Shown piece by piece: positions 12,544 through 25,631 of a DNA stretch of 64,000 nucleotides; position 1 is the stretch's first letter; every line of letters starts with the position of its first letter. Source of the DNA: Octopus sinensis (taxonomy: Eukaryota); assembly GCF_006345805.1 (NCBI RefSeq), contig NC_043005.1, positions 5,580,001 through 5,644,000 of the forward strand, in the 5' to 3' direction. The notes under the pieces were generated by a model. That model had not been told where the DNA came from. It did not search any database and was given only the letters and a program-made list of their open reading frames with translations. A program made the translations under genes and the position numbers.

Positions 12544-13252
12544 AATAACTCATATTAGTAGGCAAATCACGAAGCCTTAAGAGCTCTGTAAACATGGCAT
12601 TCAATTATAGAAGGGTGGTGGTCACTCATATCAAACTAATACCTGGAATTAAAATTACTCTGGCCTGATTATGTTATATGTATATATATATCAAAAACGA
12701 GTTGTGACGTGAATCATAGCAAGAAGATATTGGAAAACTGTTTGTAAAGGAAAAGCAGCAATAGTTAAGAATGAGAAACATTGGGTTAAAGTTTAAATCA
12801 TGTGGAAGTGAAGTTAACTACTGCAAAACAACAAACCTCAAGGAACAACAAACCTCAAGGAACAACAAATTTCTAATCAATTGACAATGTAAAAACTTGT
12901 AGATAAGGAAATGTTTATAAAGTAACACAGATGTCTTTTCTTTCTTTAATTACAGAGCTCTTAAATTTTCGTGATTTACCAACAAATATGAGTCATTAGA
13001 GATTGACCTTTAAAACCAAAGTTACTCATATGTACATCTGTTAAATTCAATTGTTCATTCAACTCATCTTATTAAAGGTAGCTTATTGCTTTTAGATTTT
13101 AAAACATTCTTAAATGGATGGCATAATTGTGTGTTTAAGAAATTCACTTCCTAACCACATAGTTTCACTTTCACTGCATGGCACACTGGGCAAGTGTCTT
13201 CTACTATAAGCACAGATCAATGAGTGGATTTGGTAGACACAGACTGAAAGAA

Positions 13253-14225
13253 ACCCATTTGACCGATGTACGGGGAAGGACAGAAAGAGCAGGAAATACA
13301 GTAAATGACATTACTAGAAGTGCAGGTAAAGGAGTCGGTGATGTGATAGGGACGATGATGGGTGCCTGTGAGGATGGTGGTGTTGGAGAGGTAGGGGCAA
13401 GTACAGTAGCATGGGCAGGTTAAATGGGACACCACTTGGCTTACTGGTTCACAGAGCACCTCCGAGATATCAGACTTGGTAATGACACTCCGGTCTCATG
13501 TCATTTCTGTTCTACCGGTCATTCACTACAACATCTGTCTGTGTTCAAACTGTCTTTGCACAGGGGCCATCTGGAATCCCGTCTTCACCATGAACAAGAA
13601 TTAATCTTCTCTCTTCACTCCTTTGTGCCACATGGGCTCAACTCCCCTCCTCTTTTCATCTAACACCTATTTCCTCTTTTCACTCCTACCTATTTCCTCT
13701 CTTTATTGATACCACCATCACAACACCGCCACCCCACACCACCACACACCACTCCACACGCACTAGCACTGACCACTTCCCAGCATCCACACTACACACC
13801 ATCATCCACACACCCACACACAAATCTTCAATAGCATCACCACACATATCACTATATGAGCAGCCACATGTTACAGATGCACACACTCACACACTTCAGA
13901 GTCACTAGCCCCTATTCACACACACACTTACACATTCACACAAACCATTCTCACATACATACACATGCACACACACTTTCATTTGGGATCACCAGCACTT
14001 TATTATCTCCCTTTCTTTCAGCCTCTTCTTTCAAATTTTCTTTTTCTAATCATTCACCATGCTTGACCGCTAAATCTACAAGTTTTTGTTTATTATCTCT
14101 TATTCCTTTCTGTTGAAGAGCGTAGGCTCAAAACATAAAAGTCGTTTTCATTTTCCCAAGTGTCAAACTAATACACCTGCTTGTTGTTCATACACCTGTC
14201 TTCGTCTTTTGTTTTTCTATAAATT
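13253..14225 (+). mobile_element. 5'-truncated Penelope-like element (GIY-YIG end, low-complexity region, terminal repeat) with inverted 5' segment
   Basis: 13253-13420 on minus: TDSFTCTSSNVIYCISCSFCPSPYIGQMG; 13421-13663 on plus continues QMGHHLAYWFTEHLRDIRLGNDTPVSCHF..HGLNSPPLFI*; terminal repeat ~14040-14225. Confidence 0.85.
14106..14141 (+). ncRNA. Degenerate minimal hammerhead motif in a PLE terminal repeat
   Basis: CTTT-CTGTTGA-A-GAGC(GTAG)GCTC-AAAAC-ATA-AAAG; stems I and II intact, core mutated. Confidence 0.5.
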
Positions 14226-15269
14226 TTATGCTCATGTGGCCACCCCAGTTTTATCTTGCCTTAATTTCCTACACTTTGGACTTGCATATCTTCGTCTACA
14301 TACCAGCACTCTTCCCGGATTACCACTGATTATACTGACACTACTTTGAATGGATTTCACTGGATTTTTCGTATGCATATATATATATACATACACAAAC
14401 ACACACACACATATATATGTATATATGTATGTATGTATGTGTGTGTCTGTGTGTGTGTGTGTGTGTGTGTATTCTTGTCTTGGCATTATGCAACAGTTGT
14501 AAACAAGTGTCACTGTCATACAAAACAGTCAATTTCATTTCCAGTCTTCTGTGAGAAAATGTCTGATCAAAGGGAAATATTCCCTTATTTGGAAGCAGGT
14601 GAGGGTTAGCTAAATATAAGGTATCAAGCCATAGAAAATCTGAATCAATGAACTCCATATGACCCATGCAAGAATGGAAAGTGGATGTTAGAATGGTGAC
14701 AATGATGATGATGATGATGATGATATATTTGTATTCACCTTAAACCATTGCATTATTGATAACTGTGTTTCTTTTATTTTTAATTTATAATTTGATATTG
14801 ATCTTTTCTCTTATTGTTATAATTTGAATGATTATGCAAATTTGAACAGATTTCATATAAATTGTTAAAGCAAATGGCTTTCTAACATGTATAGTTTACA
14901 TTACATCAACCAACTGACCACAAAGTGGAAATAATAATATCTAGAATAATAATAATAATGTTTAATTATATTTTGGCATGTAATGAAGTCAGAATTAAAT
15001 CATGTGTAAGCATTCAATACTATGAAGGTAATGTGACTAGTCTGTCTGACAATCCTGTTGCCAAGAATTTAACCCTTCCATCACCATGTTTCTGTTGAAA
15101 TACACTGCCTTCGTTTCAGTTAATTTAAAAAACGATGAAGAATTTAGAAAGATAAATTTAAGCTGATATTTGGAACAAAGATTAACATTAATTGTTGATG
15201 GAAGATGTTAATTTGGATCACAACAATAGCTAATTGTTCAGTAATATAGCAGAATGAGTTAAAGGAGAA

Positions 15270-15560
15270 AGTTAAAGAGTTTAAAATGGCACTTAAAAGA
15301 GGAGGATACCTAATACATAATTAAATGGAAGCTCCTTGAGTAACCGGAGACATATATAAATGGTAGCAAATGATGTAAGCTTTGCTTGCAGGAAGAGCAA
15401 GAATCCTGAAAAACACCCTTGACCCAGGGGCCTTTTCTAACTCCAAGAAAGAAGTATTTAATCAATGTCCTCATTTGAGATGCTTCCTGTTACAAGCTTG
15501 GAATTCCCCATTTGTCAAGTAGAACCATGACAACAACGTAAAAAATCACCACAGTTGGAA
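15270..15560 (+). mobile_element. PLE GIY-YIG C-terminal remnant
   Basis: YIIKWKLLE*PETYINGSK*CKLCLQ..RILKNTLDPGAFSNSKKEVFNQCPHLRCFLL. Confidence 0.6.
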
Positions 15561-16229
15561 CCAATGTAAAAGAGCTGCATGGCCATTCTGAATGTATATC
15601 TTTTGTCTACAAAACTGACTGACCAAAACATCTTCCTCCTTCCAGTTGTAGGGAAGTTATGTGCCTACAGCCATTTGAATCTAATGAGTTTCCTATATGG
15701 CCAAGTGTTTTATAGTTGCCAAAACAATGGTCACTCCCTGACTGGCCATAACAATCAATTTCCCCCCAAATATAGTGTGTGTGTGTATCATCATCATCAT
15801 TTAACATCCATCTTCCATGCTGACATGGGTAGGACAGTTTGACAGGAGCTGACCAGGCAGAAGCCTGTACCAGACTTCTGTAACTGTGTTGACAGGATTT
15901 TTACAGCTGGATGAACTTCCTAACATTACCCACTCAGCAGAGTGAATTTAGTGTTTTTTACATGGCATAAGCACAGATGAGGTCAGTTTTGGCAAGGTTT
16001 TTACAGCTGGATGTCTTTCCAAACACCAACCACTTTACAGTGTGGACTGGATGCTTTTTAAGTGCACCTGCACTGACAGAGCCACCAAGTAGCTTGCTGG
16101 ACAAAAATCATTTGCGAGGAGAGGGGGCATTGGAGGAGGTGATCTTGTGTCAGATGAGGAAAGGTTGTAGTTAGACAGAGAGACAGAAACAGGTGTCTTG
16201 CTGTAGAGGAGGTACAAGGTTACCCAGCC

Positions 16230-16284
<55 letters not shown>

Positions 16285-16328
16285 GAGAGAGAGAGAGAGA
16301 AAGAGAGAAAGAGAGATAGAGAGAGAGT

Positions 16329-16360
<32 letters not shown>

Positions 16361-16845
16361 GAGAGAGATCAAGCATGAAGACAGAAACAGGTGTGTGGCT
16401 GCAAAGAAATACATGGTTACCCAACTTGAGGGAAGTGCAGGAGAGGGAGAGAGAGAGTGGGAGACAAAAGGATAGAGATGGTGGCAAAGTGCCATGCACA
16501 CTTACAAGGGACAGGGATCAGAATATAAAGGGGATGGTTGAAGATGATTGCAAGAACCAGGGTATACACTTGAGGTTTGAAGGTCATAATATGAGTGGCA
16601 ACATATTGTGAAAAGAGTATAATTAGAGAGTGTGGAGGGGTAGAGAAGTGTGTGGTGAAAACCGGGGTAAATATAGAGTTGTTGGGGAGTGTGCCGGATC
16701 GCAATGATTCAGAGAAACAGGCTCATGAGAACAGGATTGTGGAGTGAGAGGTAGGCATGGTGTATGAAGGAAAAATGGGAGGAAGAGAAGAGATGTAGAT
16801 TGGTTTGTTGGGGTAAGGTGTGTGAAAACTGAATTTTCTTTTTAC

Positions 16846-16921
16846 CTTGACTCTCTTGTCTTTGTTGTTTCTGTTTTTGCCTTGATATGCCATTATCCTC
16901 AAAGATTTGGGTCTTGATAGA
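16846..16921 (-). CDS. Probable LRR gene exon O
   Basis: ttttcttacttttccag acceptor, AAG/gtaaaa donor; 76 nt; open in phase 0 (SIKTQIFEDNGISRQKQKQQRQESQ), matching exon N; a second frame is also open. Confidence 0.6.
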
Positions 16922-17147
16922 CTGGAAAAGTAAGAAAATTTTATAACTTTACCATGTAATTAAATGAAGAATATAACATATTTGTTATATAATTAGTTTG
17001 GCCTAATGCAGTCCTCAGATCTGTTGGATCCTATCTAACTGTTCATCCACACCAGCATGAAACATAGATATAAAAAGATAATGGTGATGATGATGAGGGT
17101 AGCCCTTTTTTTAAATTTATTTATTAGACATTTGAGATATTATTTAA

Positions 17148-17356
17148 CCCTTTTGATGCCAAACTGCCCTAGTTCTATGATGCAATCTTTCTAATTCAAA
17201 GTGATCTAAATTAAAACCTCCCATCAAAATTTCATGTTAATTCATATTGCAAACACCAGCTTAATAATGACAGTTATTTTGATAAATTCTGTATTATATT
17301 CCAGATTGATTAAAACAAAGGCAGTGTATTTCAACAAAAATAAGGTAATGATAGGG
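17148..17356 (+). mobile_element. TTAA-flanked MITE (piggyBac-type CCC...GGG ends), multicopy family
   Basis: TTAA/CCCTTTTGAT...ATAGGG/TTAA; related copies near 12140-12357, 15068-15220, 21990-22217, 28225-28400, 28610-28810, 33500-33722, 45750-45900, 46600-46740, 47590-47820. Confidence 0.75.
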
Positions 17357-19441
17357 TTAATAGTTTCTGGTTTAGGTTGCAAAGCCAGAAATTCATAGAA
17401 GAGATGGGAGTGTGTGTGTGTGATCACATTGTTATAGATGGTCCATTTTTTGTTCCATTCACCATTCTCTTCAAAAAGGGATCATTGTCTTCATGTTTTT
17501 GCAATGAATCACAGATGGAGATCTGTGGGTCAAGGTTAGGTTCATTCAGTTGATGTCAGACCAAGACATCAGGCTTGCTGATGTAACCAAGATGATGCAA
17601 ATAGTTTTCAACACAGTTTGGATATTTGGAGAATATCTGTAATCATCTTGCTCATATAATAGGGGTTGGTGTCAACTCACTTCATTTTGTTGCTGTTAAT
17701 CTCAGTTGGCCAGTCAGAATGAGGATCACCATTTACCAAAAAATTTCCTAATCAAAATCTTGAAAACCGCTTCGGGCACACACATTCCATAATGATAAAA
17801 AAAAAAGCATAAGGTGTTAATAACATTTATTTTGGTTCTCTGTCTTCTGGGTGAATACAAGCACATAAAATATGACCTGTCACATTGCAAGTTTACGTTG
17901 AATTACATTGAAGTGTCAAGTACTTAACAAGTGCACATGTGCATGGGACACTGAAGTTAGCTACTTATAAGAGTGCTTGGAGTTTAGTGTCAACAAAAAG
18001 TGGACGGACTTTTTGGCTAACTCAATACATTTCTGAAGATAGTCTCATAGAATGACAACTAAAGATGACACTTCAGATTGCCTGTTGAATGCCACCACAT
18101 TGAATCCCTACAACGTGCAAATATGTCCTTCAATGGATCATAGCAGTTATTTATAAGATGGCATTCTAACTTTCATCATCGACATCTTAGACTAAATTCA
18201 AGAGAAAACCTTGTTGGTGAATTGTCAGTAGGAAAACTTTGATCATTTTCATCATCATGTTTAATGTCCACTCTTCTTTGCATAAATGGATCGGACAGAA
18301 TTCATTGATGCTGACTTTCTACAACTGATATATGAGGAAACATAGTATAGATAAAAATATATAAAAACAACAGATTTCTCATTTGATCATTGTTTATCAT
18401 TCCAGTCCATAAACTTAAGGAAACAGTCTGCATCGTCATTGTGATCATCGTCATTTTAATGACCAATCTTCCTTGCTTGCATAGGTTGGACAGAGTTTAC
18501 TGAGGCAGATTTTTCTATAGTTGGATACCCTTTCTGTTAGAAACCCTCAACTGTTTCTGAGCAAGGTAATATTGCTCCAAGAATTTTTTCACAGAAAATT
18601 GGAAACGAATGACACTGTTTGTATGACAGTGATGATCATTTACAACTATCATGTGATGTCAAAACTAGAAGACACAAAAATACACACATACACACAGACC
18701 CAGAGACACTCATACACATACACACACTCCAAACATAGATACACTCATACACACACACACACACACACACATATGACAGGTTTTTTTTCTCAGTTTTCAT
18801 CTACCAGATCCACTCACAAGGCTTTGGTTGGCCTTGAGTAGAAGACACTTGTCCAAGGTGCCACACAGTGGGACTGAACCCAAAACTATGCGGCTAAGAA
18901 ACAAATTTCTTAACCACAGAGCAATGCCTGTGTAAAGGTGTACATGTTTAAAAAAATAAATTTCTAAATTGACCACTGTTTACATTCTAACCCAAGAAAC
19001 TGAAGAAATATAGTATAAATAAAAACATTTCAAAAAATAGATTTCTAAATGGACCACTCTTTGCCATTCCATTCAAGGGCTTTAAGAAACATGAGATGAA
19101 TAAAAATATTTTTAAAATATAGATTTTTAAACTCACCACTCTTTATCATTTTGTACAAGAGCTTGTGAAAATATAGTATGGGTAAAAATATTTTTAAAAA
19201 CTAGATTTCCAAAGTGATCATTTTTTACCATTCCAAGCAAGAATCTGAATAGATCAGTGTTAGTGGCCTGCTGGAATCTTTTTAACCTTTGCAAACCCAA
19301 TCTATTTTTCTGCTGTGTGTCATTATTTTCTGCACCAATTCTAATTTCCCATTATCTTTCCATGTTAGAATTTTAAATGAGATGTGACAATTGTTACACA
19401 AATCACAAAATAATTTACTGAAACGAATTTCCAATTCTTAC

Positions 19442-19603
19442 GTTAAGCAGATGTTCACATGGTGTCAAAACCAGTTGTTTTGATGTCACAACCTTCAGCT
19501 GTTTCTGAATCAATGAGCTGAGAACTAATCTAAGAGAATTCTGCTTCGAATTCAATCTGTCTTCGTCTTCTTCTTCTCCTCCTTCTTCTACTTCTTTCAT
19601 TGC
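19442..19603 (-). CDS. LRR gene exon N (acidic stretch)
   Basis: ttttatttcag acceptor, AAC/gtaaga donor; 162 nt; only the phase-0 frame is open: AMKEVEEGGEEEDEDRLNSKQNSLRLVLSSLIQKQLKVVTSKQLVLTPCEHLLN. Confidence 0.75.
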
Positions 19604-21343
19604 CTGAAATAAAATAGATTCAGAGAATTCTTATTCTTGTCAAATACAATCATTGACAATTTCCATTAAATACATAATTATGACTTATATTTAGCTGCAT
19701 TCTTCTGTTCTTCTAGTGGACAGCTTAGCTTTGGAAGAAATTTTATAGAATCTATGTCAGTACTGAGGACATAAATTATTGGCTGGTGTCATTGATGTTT
19801 TGTTACATACAAGCCAGATAGAATATAGCCCACCATGTAATATCTGCATCACTGTGCTCTTTATATATTTTCTGGAGATATTTTTCTATTTAGAATTTTT
19901 TTTCCTATTCTGTTTTTCCTTAGCTACTTATGCTGTTATTTAGACTATCAGATCTGATCAAAGAGAGCTATAATACAGGTATTCCAGCAGTTGCCATCAT
20001 GTCTTTTATTTAAATTCTTGATTGTTACCCATCATATGACAACTTTGGAAGTATACTTTTAGCACCATGGGTAAAGAGTCACTGTTAATATTAGTTTCAG
20101 ATTTTGGCTCAAAGGCCAGCAATTTTGGGAGAGGGGCAAGTCGATCACATCAACTGCAGTACTTAACTGGTATTTAATTTATCAATCCCTAAAGAATGAA
20201 AGGCAAAGTCAATTTCAGCAGAATTTGAACTGAGAATGTAAAGACAAACAAAATGCTGCTTAGCATTTTGCCCAGAGTGCTAATGATTCTGGCAGCTTGC
20301 CACCTTAGTTACTATTAGTTCAATATTAATATTAAATAGCATATATATATATGTATGAGCATACATGCACGCATACATGCACACACACACACACACACAC
20401 ACATGCACACATGCACTCACTCATGAACACACACCATTATTTAACATTTGTGTTCCATGGATGATTTGACAGAACCTAATGAGTCTAAGGACTGCATCCT
20501 GCTCCAGTATCTGCTTGGCATGGTCCCTATGGCTGGATGACCGACCTAACTTCGGCCACTTTACAACATGCTTTTTTCATGCCACCAACACTAATGAGGT
20601 GGCCATGCAGCTTGCAAGACTGTGAACCCTGATGGGAAGGGGGTCAGCTTTATGATAGGAAATGTGGGTTAAAGTATAAGAGGAGGATGGTGACAGAGCA
20701 GGTTCTTATTGTAGAGGAGCTACATGGCAACTCACATTTAGAGGAGAGGGTGAGAATGATTAGTAGGAATTGCAAGGAAATAAATAATGGTGACGAAGTG
20801 TCCAGGTAGCCCCTGAAGGTACAAGGTGAGGAGTAGTGAATGAGGACAGAGAAACTAGGAGTGTGGGACAGTGGGGTTACAGTGTATAAGGGAGCAAGGG
20901 ATTGAGAGAGAGGGAATGTAGGCAACAAGGGCAAAGATTGGATAGGGCTGATGGGTGGATGTAGGGAATAGTGAATAAGGGGTTGAGTATGACTAATGAG
21001 TTGAGGAAGGTAGAGGGATACACAGGAGAGTGGAAGGATAGCAACAGGATAGTAATAATGGTGACGAGTTGACAAGTGATTGGGTAGGCAGCTGGACTGG
21101 AGGAAAAGAAAGAGAGGCAAGCATAGTACATGAGGGAAGACAATTTGGTGGTTCAATGTAACGTGTGGATGGAGAGAACAGTATTAATGGATGAAGAATG
21201 ACTAACAAGTGAAATGGTTCTGATAGCAAGAAAAAATATAAAGTGGTATCAGGAGTTGCAGTGAGAGAGATGATAATGAGGAAGAATTGATATGAAGAAG
21301 GGATTGGTGAAGGTGTCCATTTGTGTATAAATACACACACATG

Positions 21344-21395
<52 letters not shown>

Positions 21396-21821
21396 TATAT
21401 ATATATACATACACACTCACAGTGTTTCCAGAACTTAGTTTCACTGAGGTAGACAGTTCTCCTTGAGAACTGCATATCACCTGACATCCTGGCCCTTTGT
21501 CATCTCCATGAGGTTCAGTGTCCTGAGACCAGTGTTCATCACTTTGTTCCATGTCTTCCAGGGTCTCTGTCTTCTGCAAGCACCAAACATTGAGAGATCA
21601 GTTAATAAATATTCATTTCATTTGATAAAAGTTAAACTTTCATTATTCTATGTATGCCATATTTCCTAATTATTACCCATGGTGGCAAAAGCACACTTCC
21701 AAAGTTATTCATCATACACCAAATAACGCTCTAGTATAAGAATATAAGCTAAGAATAGGAATATAGATTAGAATGACATTAAAAATGTTAATTGATGACA
21801 GGAACAGAAATGCTTAGGTAC

Positions 21822-21910
21822 CTGTTGTTCAGAGTTATCATTAAACACATCATTTATAATACTGCACACATCCTTTTCATTTGTGGCTTCCCTCAACAAA
21901 CTGATTAAAC
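21822..21910 (-). CDS. LRR gene exon M
   Basis: aattttgtag acceptor, CAG/gtacct donor; 89 nt, phase 1-0; GLISLLREATNEKDVCSIINDVFNDNSEQQ. Confidence 0.72.
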
Positions 21911-23285
21911 CTACAAAATTAATGTAGAACATCCACTGACAAGTGTGTTAACATTGAGTTCATCTCCAATTTAAAACAAATATAATCGTTTAACCTTTTA
22001 ATTACCATATTTCTGTTGAAGTACACTATCTTTGTTTCAATTATTTTTGATAATAAGGAAAAATTTAAGAAAATGACATCGTCATTATTAAGCTAGTGCT
22101 TGAAACAAATTAATCTGAATTTTGATGGAAAGTTCTAATTTAGATCATATTAAAAAACAGAATGTTTGTACTACAGATTCAGAGGTGATCTTAGGCAGGT
22201 TGGTATCCAAAGAGTTAACATGATTTAACATTCACTTCTCCATGCTAGCACATGTAGAAATTGACCTTAGATTTTTTCCTGTCAGGACTAATTCATTAGT
22301 GTTCCATATTAGTCTTAAGTCTTTTAAAGCCCAAATCCTCTTTGTTTTACCTATTGTTTGTTATAGCTTGAAAAGATAGCCTGTATTCTTGACTTTGCTA
22401 GATGAATTGAGATGAACTAAGGCCTGAAGTTCACGTGTGAAAAAGGAGAGATTTCCAGATAATTGCAAACCTTAGGAGGAATGATTGAGTCTCTGTCGAT
22501 GACTTTAATTCTATCTTGAATACCTTTCTCTCATATATTCTCTTTTTGATCTTATGTCATATAACAAACATTACATTATTATGTTTGGTGTTTATAGACT
22601 TGCCTAGTTTAAGACTTTGACAGACAGCTTTATACAATACGACACATCAACTCACTGAAACTTTTAAAATTGTAAAACAGACAAGGTTGTCAGAAGGTAT
22701 ATTTAAATGTTAAAAATGAATACAAATTTTCTCTATATTTATGGTGTAATATCTTTGGCTTTATCATCTGCTATGTTTGGTATTATATAGATATATATTT
22801 CTATCTACAGGTGTTGTGGCTGAGCAATTAAGGAGCTTGCTTCCCAACCATGTAGTCTTAGGTTCAGTCCCCACATCATGGTACCTTGGATAAATATCTT
22901 CTACTATGAACCAGATTGGATTTGATAGATGGAAAGAAAAGAAACCCATCACTAAACACACACGCACACACTCGTGTGTGTAACCTCTTGACATTACATG
23001 ATGGTTGTAAACTTGCATGACTGACACAGAAGCATTGTTGTTTGTTTCTAGTCATCTGTAAAAAACATGCCTAGACATGAGAAAATATTACCTTGCTTGG
23101 AAACAGGTGAGGGCTGGCAACCAGTAGAGCAGAAAATCTGCCTCAAAAAATTTCATCAGCGGCATGGAGAAGTGGATGTTAAATGATGATGATAATGATA
23201 TTATTTCTACAACTGTAAAAAATTCTATTACATTTTTTTAATGTTTTAATTTCTTTTCGCATGAAAATTAAATATGATAAGATAC

Positions 23286-23380
23286 CTGGATCTTTAAGCT
23301 TGATATGTTGGTAGAATGATGGCACCAAGAGTAAAATTTGACATATTTCAGCAGAAAGAAGGGATCTGTAATCTTTGTAA
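23286..23380 (-). CDS. LRR gene exon L
   Basis: ttttcttttttcag acceptor, G/gtatct donor; 95 nt, phase 2-1; YKDYRSLLSAEICQILLLVPSFYQHIKLKDP. Confidence 0.88.
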
Positions 23381-23650
23381 CTGAAAAAAGAAAACAAGCA
23401 AGTAGCAATGATAAACTTAAATCAGTGCCACCACCACCACCACACATTTATATAGAGGAATTAATGGGAATGTGTATCCCAAAAACGACAATTTATTAGA
23501 GCCCCCTGTTTCCTTTCAATGAGAATATAGCTTGGTAGCATACCATGCTTTTGCTAATTGCTTTAGGTGCCTATGATGTAAGCAGACATAGATACCTCCT
23601 CAACTCTCCCACTGTTTCACCACCTAGCAGCACATCCAAGATGTGCCAGC

Positions 23651-23717
<67 letters not shown>

Positions 23718-23737
23718 TATGTGTGTGAGAGAGAGAG

Positions 23738-23779
<42 letters not shown>

Positions 23780-24422
23780 TGTGAGAGAGAGATGCACCTA
23801 AACTCAGCTGTTACTCATTTCCTGCTGATTGCTCAAGCATACAGTATGCTGCCTGGTCCTGGATTTGAACCCATAGTATTATGATCATGAGCCAAAACAC
23901 TCTAATAATGAAGTATAGTGAACCAGGAGAAATATCTAGCACTTCAAAAAGGGTCTTTTATTAGAGATATTTTCTTCCATAAAGGGAATTTGTTGTTAAC
24001 ACAACCTTTATTCTAATCCTTTATTTTACTCTAATTTCAATATCAGTTTGGTAAATTATTTTTTAGGAATATTTAGGTGCAGGCATAACTGAGTTCTTAA
24101 GAAGCTTGTTTCTCAACTGTGTTGTTTTGGGTTCAATCCCACTGTGCAACACTTTGGACAAATGTCTCCCCAGGCAAATCAAAGACTTGGAGCTGGATTT
24201 AGGAGATGGAAACTGAAAGAAACTCTGTGTGTGTGTATGTGTGCACACATGCATATATGTGCATCTGTCTTGGTGCCTCCTTGTCTTGACATTACGTGAT
24301 AGCTGCAAGAGTCACCATCACATAAGTAGTGTGTTACATTTCCAGTCTTCTGTGAACACATGTCTGGTCATGAAGAAATATTATCTTATTGACAAAACAA
24401 GTGCAGGCTTGTGAAAAGAGAT

Positions 24423-24735
24423 GTTAGTTAGTTAGTTAATTTTTTGGCTCAAAAAGCAAAAAGCAAGGCCATGTAGGTTGGACATGGAGTTATGTACAGG
24501 GTGGTGTTCATGTAAAGAGTTCAGGCCACTTGAGGTCAAGGGAGACTTTGAACCGAGCGGTCGTCGGCATCTTCACCATCTCGTCTGGTAGCTTATTCCA
24601 CAGATCCACAACCCGGACGGAGAAAGCCTCTCTCCTTCGATTGAGATGAAATCGTCGCAGATAGAGCTTTTCGGAATGACCCCGCAGCCGATGCTCTGGA
24701 GCAGGAGTGAAGAACAGCTCTTTCGAGAGGTTACA
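24423..24735 (-). mobile_element. Young 5'-truncated CR1-clade LINE tail with (CTAA)n end
   Basis: CNLSKELFFTPAPEHRLRGHSEKLYLRRFHLNRRREAFSVRVVDLWNKLPDEMV..FKVSLD; CpG-rich; interrupts an RTE-tail-like repeat. Confidence 0.85.
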
Positions 24736-25280
24736 TCCAGCTGTAGAAAATCTGCCTCAATGATTCCCAACTGACTCATGCAAACATAGAAAAATGAACA
24801 TTAAGCAATGATTTAGCAATTTGGGACATTTTTGGGGAGTTGATATCAATGTAGGCCAAACAAGGGTTAATCATCATCATTTTAGAATCCATTTTTCCAT
24901 ACTTGGGTCAGGCAGAATTCATTCTGTCAGGTTTTCTACAGTCAGAAGCTCTTCCTGTCACCAACCTTCATCTGTTTCTAAACAAGGTAATATTCCCTAT
25001 GGCCAGACTTATTTTCATGGAAGACTGGAAACAAACAACACCACTTGTATGATAGTGATGTTCATTTACAAACATAAAACATGATGCCTAGGCAAGCGTA
25101 TACACACACAAACACACACACACACACACACACATACATATATACATACATACATATTCTTCCTGAGTCTGTCAACTAGCTCATGGTCGTTCATATTACG
25201 GGTGACTATGAGACCATCATCCTTGTATAATCTTGCATCTATAAAAGGGAATAATGGATGTAGGTTGAGTAAAATACATG

Positions 25281-25323
<43 letters not shown>

Positions 25324-25518
25324 GGGCTTCTTCCAGTTGCCATCTACCAAATCCACTTACAAGGCTTTGGTCAGCTCAGTGAAAATATTTGTCCAAGGTG
25401 CCACGCAATGGAACTGAACCTGAAACTACATGTTTGGGATGCAAGCCTCTGAACCTCACAGTAGTGTAATTATATACTTCCATAACTAGATGAGAGGGTT
25501 GAATCAGAGTTTGTTTAC

Positions 25519-25631
25519 CTTGAGTTGGAGGATACTTTTCTCAAACTGTCGCACCTGTGATCAATGAGTTTCAACAAGTCTGGGACATTGTTGTAAACAT
25601 AAAGGAATAAATCATCATAAATGCCTTCCTC
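25519..25631 (-). CDS. LRR gene exon K
   Basis: tatttgtag acceptor, AG/gtaaac donor; 113 nt, phase 0-2; EEGIYDDLFLYVYNNVPDLLKLIDHRCDSLRKVSSNS. Confidence 0.85.

Noticed and set aside
15301-15620. Minus-strand frame with RILALP considered as an LRR-gene exon
   Set aside because: Stops in all minus frames; the plus strand is a PLE GIY-YIG remnant.
17500-18240. Non-repetitive-looking block, possibly an old transposon
   Set aside because: No motif I could assign in any frame.
20650-21580. Purine-rich block with long Ser/Leu/Pro ORFs on minus (similar block at 40630-40990)
   Set aside because: Low-complexity; resembles PLE 3' regions but too degraded to call.
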